The notes under the pieces are model-generated. The model ran no database searches. It had not been told where the DNA came from and saw nothing but the letters and a program-made list of their open reading frames with translations. Below, piece by piece: positions 1-11,274 of a stretch of 64,000 nt of DNA. Every line of letters begins with the position of its first letter. The first letter of the stretch is position 1. This DNA comes from Mobula hypostoma (lineage: Eukaryota): the NCBI RefSeq assembly GCF_963921235.1, contig NW_026948255.1, forward strand, positions 124,001 to 188,000. Reading direction: 5' to 3'. The position numbers and the translations under genes were made by a program.

Positions 1-811
1 TAAACCCACCCACCCACACCCGGAAAAGACAAGCGATCCACAATGGAATTCAAAGCTAATGACTGCTCTGTCTGTGTTTTCTTTCCCTCCCCCCAGTTAG
101 AAAAAAGTAGAGTGTCCTTGTGAAAAAGACAATAAAGTCTCAGGGAAAAGGTATTTACACTCCATCGACTAATAAACAAGAACCAAAATAATGTTACCTC
201 TTCGAGAGGAAAAATAGCGCCATGTTTAAGTTTAATATTATTTTCCTAAAACGCTTTAAATTCAATTATAAAATGTTATAATAAAACAGAAAAAAAATAT
301 ATAAAAAGCCCCAGTAGTAGGAAAAAAGCTACCAATTAGCTGCCAATTATTAAAGGAACAAATCGCCTTATCTTCTTCCCTCAGTCATAAAATGTCCAGA
401 GATCATTTGAGCAGAGATACTTAAACCATAAATCTTTTCAAAGGAAAACCAATAATATGCAATAAAGAACAACTCTCCGTGTTCTTTAATTAGTCTCTCG
501 ATGAAATATACAAGTGACCTTCATAAATCTTCTTTCCAAAATGCGAATAATATACAAATAGCCAAACAGCCTTTCAGATGGATCATTCAACAGCGGCGTC
601 GGTGCCAGCGGCAGGTAAAGCCTGAACAAAATCCAGTGGATCTTTTGGATGAAAAAAAGTACGAGGAGGAGAATCAGCAGGGAAAATTTTAATTCTTGTC
701 GGGTACCTCAAAGACAGGAAAAGATTCTTATCATATGTTTGTTTCATTACCAGGGCAAATTTTGATCTTTGTTCCATTATCTCTCTTGGATAATCTTCTG
801 AAAATGATAAC
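1..811 (-). mobile_element. L1/Tx1-type LINE fragment: ORF1 C-terminus plus AT-rich downstream spacer
   Basis: ORF 583-837(-) LSFSEDYPREIMEQRSKF...LSLRYPTRIKIF...TFFHPKD resembles the L1 ORF1 (Transposase_22) C-terminal domain. It abuts the truncated Gypsy LTR at ~812. Confidence 0.6.
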
Positions 812-960
812 TTCGGAAGTCCAACAGTTTTACACATTCAATTGGGAGAGACTTCTCTGGTGAACGATTTCTTCACCGACGCACCTTTACTGCTGGTTCT
901 GTCCACAGGATTCCCGATGCCGAAAATAAACAGTTTAAATCAACTGACCTTAAATTCCTT

Positions 961-998
<38 letters not shown>

Positions 999-1500
999 AC
1001 CATTTTGGATGAACTCATTGCCCTATTGCAAGAGTTATCTCAATGCAGGTTCTCTTCAACGAAGACTCAATAGGGTCGATTCTTTATTAAACTGCCAAAC
1101 GATGCCGACTTCTCTCGCTCCTTCACTTCGACGAATTCTTCACTCTCCCTTCAAAACTGTCGGAATTGAGTAAATTGGCACTTCCAGCCACATATTTCCA
1201 GTGCAATAATACAACATCTTGTAAGAGAACGCACCTTCCATTTTAAAAATGAAACTGCGTCACAAAAAAACAAACACGCAATAGAAACGGAGACACAACA
1301 CGTTCTACCTGGAAATCCACAAACGCAAAAACTAACTGCGTCACCTGAGTCGACCTTTATATAGTCACGGGGGAGGGCGGGGGGGGCGCGCACAAGTCAT
1401 CACGTGACCTCACATCGGCGGGAAAATCACATCAGGTGACCTCCAAAAGACCATTACATCATTCTCTCAAAAAAAAACAGATCTCCTTGAGCATGTAACA
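812..1500 (-). repeat. 3' LTR of the Gmr1-like element (distal end truncated)
   Basis: On the minus strand the PPT GGAGGGAGG (1501-1509) is followed by TGTTACA starting at 1500. 812-1440 aligns with 6665-7253. Contains an expanded (GA)n at 963-997. Confidence 0.85.
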
Positions 1501-1692
1501 CCTCCCTCCAAAAAAAAGGTCTCTTGAAGAACAAGATTTTAACAATTTATACAAAAACTACAAAGGTATAAAATACACAAAATACACAATATATTCAATC
1601 TTATCTTTCAGCCCTTTACAAACTAATGTACAGTCGGAGTGTTACAAATGATAGAATATCACTCCGAAAAAAAACAAATTTTCATTGTACAT

Positions 1693-4600
1693 TTAACATC
1701 TAGACGGACAATCAGTGATCACATTGTCTTTACCCTTAATATGAGTGATCAAAATATTGTACTCCTGTAACATTAAACTCCAATTTAATAATCTTCTATT
1801 TTTGTTTTTCATCTTACTTAAAAACACTAATGGATTGTGATCGGTATGAACTGTGAGTGGTTTATGCGTAGAATAAACATACACTTCAAAATGTTGCAAA
1901 GCTAAAACAAGAGATAACAATTCCTTTTTTTTATTGTTGAACAATTCATTTGATTTGCATTAAATTTCTTAGAAAAGATAAGCTACCGGACGATCAACTT
2001 CATCACCATCATCTTTTTGAAGCAACACTGCTCCTGCAGCTTCATCACTAGCATCTACAGCTAACGAAAATGTTTTTTCAAAGTCAGGAGATTTAAGTAC
2101 AGGTTGACGACATATTATAGCTTTCAATTTATCAAATACCTCCTGACAAAACTCTGCCCAAAGAAACTTCTCATTTTCTTCAAGAGATTAGTTAATGGGA
2201 GAGCAATGTTTGCAAGATCCTTACAAAACGTTCTGTAATATCCCACCATACGCAAGAATCTTCTGAGGGATTTTCTACCAGTGGGAGTGGGCACTTCCAA
2301 AATTGCCTGAACTTTTGCTTGAAAAGGTGCTAATTTTCCCTGCCCGACAACATAACCAAGGTAAGTCACTGTGGCATGCCCAAATTCACTTTTAGATAAG
2401 TTAATAGTTAAGTTAACTTCTGGAAGTCTCTCAAATAATTTCTCCACCGCCGCAATATGTGCTTTCACATATTATTCCCTGTAACCAGATCATCAATATA
2501 GGCATGGGTATCTTTTAATCCCTGAATCACGCTATTAATCATCCCCTGAAAAGTACTTGGTGCATTCTTCATCCCAAACGGAAGAACAAAATATTCGTAT
2601 AACCCAGAGGGGGTTACAAATGCTGAAATCTCTCTGCCTCTATCCGTCAATAGAACACACCAATAACCTTTTAACAAATCAATTTTTGTAAGGAATTTGG
2701 CCTGTTCAACTTTATCCACACAATCTTCTACTCTAGGCATTGGATATGCATCGATCTTTGTCACAGCATTCACTTTTCTGTAATCCATACAAAACCTAAT
2801 ACTATTGTCTGGCTTAGGCACCATAACACACGATGAACTCCAATTCTAATTAAAATGTCGTATAATATTATTTTCTAACATGTACTTAATTTCCTGTTCA
2901 GCAAGTTCACATTTCCCCCTGTTCATTCGATATGGATGTTGTTTTATAGGTTTTGCATCTCCCACATCTACATCATGAGTAGCTACGGTGGTTCTTCTAG
3001 GGACGTCTGGAAATAAATCTCTGTACTTAAAAAAAAAATGACTGTTTCATCTGTTCTCTCTGCTCCGGCTGTAAATGAGCTAATTTTTCATCAATGTTTT
3101 CTAGAAGTTTTGAATTTGGTAACCTGGCTGGAATAATGTTGGGATTAAAATGAGTTTCAGATGAATCCTCCATTAAGTTTTTATCAAGATCAGACTCATT
3201 ATTAATCACAACAGTCATAGTAGCAGCTTCTCTCTCATAATTTGGTTTTATCATATTTATATGACACAGCTGTGTTGCCTTTCTCTGATCTGGGGTTTTT
3301 AGCACGTAATCTACATCATCTACCTTAGATTTAATCTCATAAGGACCATGAAATTTGGCTTGTAATGGGTTCGTTTGCACTGCAAAAAGAAACAACACGT
3401 TATCTTCAGACTTAAATGACCTCATCCTAGCTTCCTTATCATACCAAGTCTTCATCTTCTCTTGAGCCAATTTTAAATTTTCCTTGGCCAAGCTACAAAC
3501 GTTATACAATCTTTCTTTAAATTTTGAAACATAATCTAGCAAATTAGTGTGTACTTATTTATTAATCCACTGTTCCTTCAACAAGGCCAAAGGTCCTCGA
3601 ACTCTATGTCCAAACACGTTCAAAAGGATTAAAACCTAATGATTCCTGTACTGCCTCCCTTACTGCAAAGAGTAGTAAATGTATACCTTCATCCCAGTCC
3701 TTTTCATTTTCCACACAATATGTCCTAATCATAGTTTTTAGTGTAGAATGAAATCTCTCCAAGGCTCCTTGTGATTCTGGAAGACAGGCTGAGGAAATAA
3801 CCTGTTTTACTCCCAGTTTATAAACTACCTGCTGAAACAATCCCGACATAAAATTACTACCTTGATCCGATTGTATTTCCTTACGCAACCCAAAATAAGT
3901 AAATAATTTTATGAGAGCCTTTGTCACAGAGTTGGCTGTTATATCCCTAAGAGGTTCTGCCTGTGGAAACCTAGACGCTGTGCACATAATGGTTAATAAA
4001 TATTGATGTCCAGTTTTAGTTTTTGGCAAAGGACTTACACAGTCTACAAAGATTTTTGAGAACGGCTCACCGAATACTGGAATTGGTTGCAGTTGGGCCA
4101 CTGGAGTAACCTGATTAGGTTTACCCACAATTTGACACGTATGACACGTTCTACAAAATGACACACATATTGTCTTAAACTAGGCCAATAAAAATGTTTA
4201 CAAACTTTGTTCATAGTTTTCTTCACACCTGAATGACCACCCAAAGGAATACTATGAGCCATTGTCTTTAATATCATTTCGGTAAATTTTAGGAACTACT
4301 ACCTAATGAATAACTTCCCATTCCTCACTAGCAGGAATTGTAGGGGATCTCCACTTTCTCATTAATACCTCCTTTTCTAAATAATATCCTACTGGTACTT
4401 TTTTAATTTCACTATCTGGAAGAGCTTGTTCTTTTAATTTAACTATCTCAGGATCTCTACCCTGCTCTGCTATCATTTCCTTTCGCGATAAAGACTAATC
4501 ATCCTGATCAGACTTACCACCAAAATCCTGATCAAATAATGTGGGTAAGAAAGTTTCTGATACATCCTCGAAATTCGAATCTTGATTTGAATGATCATGG

Positions 4601-5177
4601 GTAACAACTTCATTCTTTACATCAGTCTTGTTAGCCATAGCTCTTGTTACAACACAGGAAGAATCTGTGTTAGAATCCCTCTGTGGTTCCTCAAAGTTTG
4701 AATTTATTGGCAAATCCATTTCAGGAAAAACCTGTCCACCCGCTAAATCATTCCCTAACAAAAGAGAAACATCGTTCACAGATAAACTGGACTGTATTCC
4801 TACTTTAACAACCCTTGTAACTAATCCTGACCTTAAATTTATTCCATGTAAATATACTGGCATAAGGGCACTCCCAACTCCTCTTATATAATTCACCTCA
4901 CTAGTGTCAGACTCACCACTAACCTTTAGCTACTGTCTAATATTAGTGATTGAGAAGCTCCAGTAATTCTAAGCATCCTTATTGGTACTGAATTGGATTC
5001 CTTGTTCAAGGATACAACTCCTTCTGTTATAAAAGTTTCATATCCCTTCTTAACTTGGTCAGACTCTGACACATCTTCATTAGTATTTTCTGAACCCTGT
5101 TGCTTTACAGGTTTTTCAATATGCTGCACACAAGCATCGGGGACCACTTCTTTCTCTTCCTTTTCAATCGGAAGCAA
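1693..5177 (-). pseudogene. pol: pol pseudogene of the Gmr1-like element (protease, integrase, RT, RNase H)
   Basis: ORF fragments: 4926-5177 and 4495-4896 (PR), 4044-4277 and 3604-4164 (IN), 3027-3542 (IN C-terminus, GPY), 2465-2824 and 2124-2468 (RT), 1693-1944 (RNase H). Confidence 0.88.
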
Positions 5178-5181
5178 TTAG

Positions 5182-6323
5182 CTACTGCATGTCCAGGTGT
5201 CCTACAATAATTACTAATAATACCAGAATGTTTTTCCCTCCCATGTCTCCCTTCATCCTTACTTTTCTCACTAACTTCAGGTTTAATTTCTGGTTTACCT
5301 TGACTCTATGTGCTATTTTTCCTTTTAAGAATTTTACCTGGAGAAAATTTATTCTTGTGAATTCAAAAATACTCATCAGTTAATTTAGCAATCTCCTGCA
5401 ATGTAGCAGTGTCCCTTTCATTTAAATATGTTCTCGCTTCAACGGGAATGCTTCTTTTAAATTCTTCCAGTAAAATCAACACTTTTTAATTGATAATGCT
5501 CCCCATTCACATTTCTAGAGGAAACCCATCTCTCAAAACACATTGATTTCTCATAGGCAAATTCCCAATAAGTTTTTTCCACCGATTTCTTTAAACTTCT
5601 GAATCTTTCTCTATACGCTTCCGGAGCCATATCATATGTCTTTAATATATGCTGCTTAACAATATCATAATCCAGTGCTTGCTCAGCATGTAAAGCTGTA
5701 TAAACTTGCTGTGCCTTCCCTTTAATTACACTTTGTAACATCACTGGCCATTGGTCTTTCGGCCACTTTAAACTCAGAGCAACAGTTTCGAAATGCTAGA
5801 ACTATTTCTCCACTTCAGCTTCATTAAATGGAGGAGTCAAAATAACCTCACGACTAGCAATAAACTGTTTCGTAGAACCAGAAGACTGATTCCCGGACTT
5901 TAATTTCTGCATCTCCAGCTCAAATTTCCTCTGTTTTTCAGCTTCTTTTTCTTCAAATTCCCTTATTTTAATAGCCTCCCTAGCCTCGAATTCCTTCTGT
6001 TTATTTACAGCTTCTGACCGACACTTTTCCAAATCAGCTTCTAATTGTTTTAAATTTATTTGTTCAAGATGTAACTGCATTTCCAGCTTACTCATTGGAA
6101 ACTTATCTAACACCTCCTCATCAAACAATTTCAAATTAATATAACGCTCAGCGATTTGTCTTTGTATGAAATACTTCGTGGAATTCTTGCTAATTCCTTT
6201 AATAACAAACTTCCTAGCAATCTCCAATACCTCAGGTTTCCTCGCATTCTCTAAAGACCCCGAGTCAGATGTTTCCATAAACCCGTCAATATCAATTGTT
6301 GCTGAATACCAGTCACACACCAA
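5182..6323 (-). pseudogene. gag: gag pseudogene of the Gmr1-like element (coiled coil, SCAN-like capsid, zinc knuckle)
   Basis: ORF 5802-6323 is a charged coiled coil ending PPFNEAEVEK. ORF 5457-5744 reads LQSVIKGKAQQVY...DYDIVKQHILKTYDMAPEAYRERFR. Degenerate knuckle SNYCRTPGHAVANC near 5175-5220. Confidence 0.8.
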
Positions 6324-6411
6324 TCAAACCAAAAAAAAAAAAAAAAAATCGCATATTTCCCTTTGCCAAATCAAAATGGCAATTACCAGCACTTTAACTC
6401 AAAATCGGAAC

Positions 6412-6429
6412 ATCTCCCGCGAGCCCCCA
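6412..6429 (-). promoter_or_regulatory. Primer-binding site resembling the tRNA-Pro PBS
   Basis: The minus strand reads TGGGGGCTCGCGGGAGAT just inside the LTR end (...TAACA). The canonical Pro PBS is TGGGGGCTCGTCCGGGAT. Confidence 0.7.
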
Positions 6430-6436
6430 CAGATTT

Positions 6437-7253
6437 TGTTACGTAACCGGCAAGAATGAAAATCAATCGAGACAGGTTATATAAAAACAACCAAACATTT
6501 ATTAAACACGGATCAACGGTTAAAAAAAGAAAGAAAACTTTAACTGGAAGTTAACCGCTATGCAGCTGTTCAACAAATCGTCACTCGGTCCTGGCTCTTA
6601 AAGCATTAAGTGCGAAAACAGTTCTTAAAGCGATAAAGTCAGATATAGTTCTTAAAATGGTATGTTCGAAAGTACAACAGATTTATACGTTGAATTGCGA
6701 GAGACTTCTCTGGAGAAGGATTTCTTCATAGACGCGGCTTTCCTGTTGGTTCTGTCCACAGCATTCACGATGCAGTAAATAAACAGTTTAAAACAACTGA
6801 CTTCAATTTCTTTTAGAGAGAGCAAACCTTTGCATGAACTCTTTGCTCTTTTGACAAGAGTTACCCTGGATGCAGGTCTCTACTCCTTCACCGAAGACTC
6901 AATAAGGTCGATCCTTTGTTAAACTGCCGAACGATGCCGACTCCTCTCAATCTTCGGTCCTGTACTTCGATAAAGTGTTCACTCTCCCTTCTACTGCTGG
7001 AATAGGGTAAATCAATAGATCTAGCCAAAAATTTCCAGTCCAGTATTATTGAATCTTGTAACAGAACGTACAACCGTTTTAAAAAGTGAAACTGCGTCAT
7101 AAAAACACATACACAACAGAAACGGAGTCACAGTACGTTCTACCTGGAAATCTAAAAACTAAAAACTAACTGCGTCATCTGGGGTCGACCCTTATATACT
7201 CATGGTGCACATGTCATCACGTGACCTCACATCGGCGGGAAAATTACATCAGG
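6437..7253 (-). repeat. 5' LTR of the Gmr1-like element (outer ~65 bp missing)
   Basis: Begins TGTTACG at 6437 on +. Homology to the 3' LTR stops at ~7253, where a different LTR fragment begins. Confidence 0.85.
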
Positions 7254-7259
7254 AGAAAA

Positions 7260-7641
7260 TTACTTGTCGTTGTTTGTTTTGTCGTTACATGTCCGAGTCC
7301 CGGTTCTGCATCCAAGTTTGAGTCCAGGCTCCGTGTTCGATTCCGAGTTCAGGCTTCGTGTCCAAGTCCAGGTCCAGGGTCCGAGTCCAAGTCCAGGCTC
7401 CGTGAACATGACGAAGTCCAGGCTCCGTGTTCAAGTCCAGGCTTCGTGTTGAAGTCCAGGCTCCATGACCAAGTTCCGGGTCCAGGCTCCTCCGGTTTGT
7501 TGTCCAACGTTCACGTCCGCGTAAGCATCTAATCCTCGCTCTCCGGCCTTCCTTGCAACTATTAATAAACATACTTCTGCTAATGCTACCTACGTGTCTA
7601 TGTCCTGCACTTGGGTCCGCTTCCAGTCGCTGATTGTAACA
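7260..7641 (+). mobile_element. LTR fragment (3' part) with ~20-bp tandem repeats
   Basis: Repeated GTCCAGGCTCCGTG-like units at 7290-7500, AATAAA at 7564, then TGCACTTGGGTCCG and a terminal TGTAACA. The same U5-like motif occurs in the solo LTR at 48913-49923. Confidence 0.6.
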
Positions 7642-9139
7642 GAATCATTCAGAAATAATTCACGCGGAACATGTTTTCGGAGAAAACGTGGAAAAAAAAA
7701 ATAAAATCATCCCTACTCATAATTTCAGCAGGAATAAAATTCAGCAGAAAAATAAACAAAAGTGTATCACTTCTTGTGGTCTGCTCCATATAATGATGGA
7801 TTTTACACGAACGAGAAACACCCTGTAATAACGCAATACCTCACAACGGTGGTGCACCTCAAAATAACACAGAAGCTGTCACACTTTACCAATCAGGCTA
7901 TTTCAGCTTCTGGAGTGGTAGTAACGTATCAGCAAATTTCCAGAAATTTATAATCAGTGTCCCACAGAGCAGGGTATCAGATCCTAATGCAAATAGCAAT
8001 GCAGTGCGACAAAGCAATGGCGACCAGACGGAGCAATGCCGAAAACGCTTTTAGTATCTTCAGCTAAAAATATGCCTCCAGCACCGCGGACCGATAAAGC
8101 GTATCTGATTATGAATTATTTCAGTCTGGCTTTCAACACGAAAATAATAAAACATCACGGAACAACAAACAAAAATGTGTTATGTTGAAGAGCCAACATA
8201 TCCCCTTGCCACTGAGAACTTGGATCAAACTTCCCAAATGTCGAATGGTTCTTTTCCTGCCACCCACTGTCGAAAGTAGCGCTGCATTCAATTCGAATGG
8301 CCCATTTAGAAAACAAATCATATCTGGAGTGATACCTAGAATATGAGGGAGTGTTTTTCACAACTAGAAATTTCAGCCAATTTTCTAGCTAGCGTGCAGG
8401 GAAGTATTTTGCAACAGCAACTGTAAATTATGGGCAAATCACCCTGAGTTTCTCATGTACAAGTTAACATAATTTGCATTCGAGGTAAAACTTGCAAATG
8501 ACTGGATTGCAGATTGAGCAGAGAACCAATCTGGATTGTAAATGGCATAATCCGTGTCGCGAATACAGTTGTCCGTGTCCCACTTCCGCTGTAACGACGT
8601 GGGATACATGAAACAGGGGGCAAATGAATGGGGTGCATTGGAGCCAGATGGATACGAACATAATACCACAATGTTCAAACCAAGGGAGCAGTGTTTTCAT
8701 TATATTTAATAGTCAATCAGATATAGGTTTGAGGGGGAATCTCTTCACTGTGACGCAGTAACGGGAACCCCATGTTTCACACAGTAAGCTTCACTAGGGG
8801 ACCAGAAATTTCTGTTTTGGCCCGATTAGTTCCGAGGGTGGAATTGTCCGCAATCCAGACACCCATCGCACTAGTTTCATCACGTGATGCCCGAACTCAG
8901 GTGCCTGATTCACGCTCCATGCAGAAAAGCACGGAGAGAGTTGGTCGGTAAAGTAAAGTCGGTGCATCATACCAACTTCCCCCCATGTCTACACGTTACA
9001 GACAGTCGATTATTCCTCTGTGGCTTTTCTTTACTTTCACATTCTACAATGCCGTCTCCGAAAGTGACAGGATTTCCTGAACTATTGGTATTGTAGGTCG
9101 ATTCTTTGTTTTCCCGGTCACAGCCTGTAATTCAGAGAG

Positions 9140-10075
9140 TATCCTGGTGAAGCACTCTTACAAAAGCTGCCGCATACTCGTTTGCCATAGGAGTAGTACC
9201 AGACGACTGGAGGGTGACAAATGGTATTCCTCTGTTCAGGAAATGTGGAGAAGATAACACTGAGAATTACAGACCAGAGTCTTACTTCAGCGGAGGCTGC
9301 ATTACTGGACAGACAGGATTTGCCAGTATTTGGATAAATATAGTCTGATTAAGGATAGTCTACATGGATTTCTAAGGATCAAGTCACGAAACACGAGCCT
9401 GACAAATTCTGTGATGATGTGACGAAGCACAATGATGAAGGTAGAGCAGTGGATGTGGTGTATATGGACTTTAGTAAGGCGTTTGATAGGGTTCCCATTG
9501 TAGAGTCATCATAAGCTCTGGGGGCACGCGAGCCGAATGTCTGGCTGTGTGCATACAGAATTAGCCTTCACAGAGAAGTCCGAGGATAGTGGTATTTGGA
9601 GAGTATTCCGCTTGGAGGTCTAAGACCATTGGTGTCTTCAGGGGAATCTGTTCTGAAACCACTGTACTTTGCAACTTTTAAAAATGGCTTGGTTGGGGTA
9701 GTCGGGGCGAGACTGGAAGTTTGCAGACGATACGAATGTTGACTGAGTCATCGTTGGGGTGGAGTATTATTTTAGTTGGAGCGGAACATTGCTGATCGTT
9801 TAGAGCATCAACGGATATGGCGAGAAGACAGGTGAATGGGGTTTAGTGGGATCTGGGATCAGCTATTATGGAATGGCAGAAATCACTCAGTGAGTTGAAT
9901 GACTTGATTCTGTTCCCATGTCTTATGGTCTTTTGGTCTATACAGGTCTGTTGGAGGCACGTTCGTTGCACAGAGAATAGTGGGAGCGTGGAACGTTCTG
10001 CTGGGCTTGTTTGTAGAAGCAGATATTTTAGGGGTATTTAAAAAAAACTCTTAGTTAGGCACATTGGTTATATAA
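9140..10075 (+). mobile_element. Old, degraded CR1 LINE fragment
   Basis: Remnants of DWRV..., NYRP, MDFSKAFD and FADDT coding sequence plus a CR1-type 3' tail (CTTATGGTCT). Confidence 0.7.
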
Positions 10076-10079
10076 ATGT

Positions 10080-10415
10080 TAGGCAAAAGACGGCAACTTA
10101 ATTATGAGCACAGAGTAAATCCTAAACAGATGGACAGAATACATAAAAGAGCATTTTGAAGACCGAAGAGGAGAAACACCGAACATAAAGAAGAATCTTG
10201 AAGGACCTAACAACCTAAAATCAGAAATTCGAACAGCCATAAATAAAACAAAACATAACAGAGTAACTGGTCCAGAAAACATCGCTGTTGAAATGATACA
10301 GGCTTTAGAAGATTTTGGAATAGAGAAAATAACAGAAATAGCAAATGAAATCTATGATAATGGGGAGATGCCTGGTGATTTAAGTAAATCAGTGTTCATC
10401 ACACTTCCAAAGAAT
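10080..10415 (+). mobile_element. RTE-clade LINE fragment (ORF2 region upstream of RT)
   Basis: Translates as AKDGNLIMSTE*ILNRWTEYIKEHF...KSEIRTAINK...TGPENIAVEMIQALEDFGIEKITEIANEIYDNGEMPGDLSKSVFITLPK, typical of RTE ORF2. Confidence 0.65.
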
Positions 10416-11274
10416 AAGTTTGTATAAACGCGGGGAAAAAGACGTAATATAGCTCACGGGTAACGGAAGGCACTGTGTAGCGATCCTGCAGGTGCCTGAA
10501 ACCCAGACATGTTCATGAATTCCTGCTACCCTTATTATGTGTTTGTAAAGAGAATGTGATGTCCCCAATCACACCTTACACCCCACCAAGAATATATGTT
10601 GATGTCACAACACAGAGGATTAACGAGTGACAAAGACATCATTGATGCCTGCACATGCATAAGAGACCATGACGTACAGCACACATTTTGGATTCAGCCG
10701 ATTTTTTTTTTTTACATACAACAAAAAGATAAGCAAGTCAGACACCATCTATGGAGAGGAATTTGCAGTTGTGACTCCCGATCTCATTTGAAATGGAAAA
10801 GAAGTTAACAGAGGTCAGACTAATGCAATGTGGTTGGATTCGAGACCACATATTGCAAGGTTGTATTGCAAGTACATGCATAAAAGTTCCCCCAGATTTG
10901 GCAGTTAAACTTTTACAAACTTCTACAGGACACAGTGGTTTGTACATTTTGTCTGCTTTTGCATGTTCATTGTCGTATCTCGTGTCATCGGCGTACCTAT
11001 TTTATAAAATTACTTTCATATTTAAACTTTATCATTCTAAGTTCTGAGTTTCAGTTCCTCATCTACCACACAGGAGTTTAATCTAATGTTATACGTATGA
11101 ATAGCCACGTGGTGCGCAAAGATAATAATCGCATTGTTGCTGCTGGTAAAGTTTCTGTGCAAAGCAGTAGGTTGTAGAGTGAAAACTGAAATCGGTGTGG
11201 CACTAAACAGAGATACAAAACAAAATTCTACATATTTATGGCAAAACACAATTAGGGATAATTGCATTTGTATT

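Larger units (their letters stand above)
812..7253 (-). mobile_element. Degenerate Gmr1-like Ty3/Gypsy LTR retrotransposon (gag-PR-IN-RT-RH order)
   Basis: On the minus strand: LTR 6437-7253, PBS, gag with SCAN-like segment and degenerate CCHC, protease (RITGASQSL), HHCC plus DDE integrase (SDQGSNF, PESQGALER), GPY motif, RT (YIDD), RNase H (TDHNPL), PPT, LTR 812-1500. Many frameshifts and stops. Confidence 0.9.

Noticed and set aside
7221-7572. Repetitive ORFs on both strands
   Set aside because: By-products of short tandem repeats within an LTR fragment.
8749-9000. Possible short solo LTR (TGTGACG...CGTTACA)
   Set aside because: Weak terminal match, no TSD and no second copy in the window.
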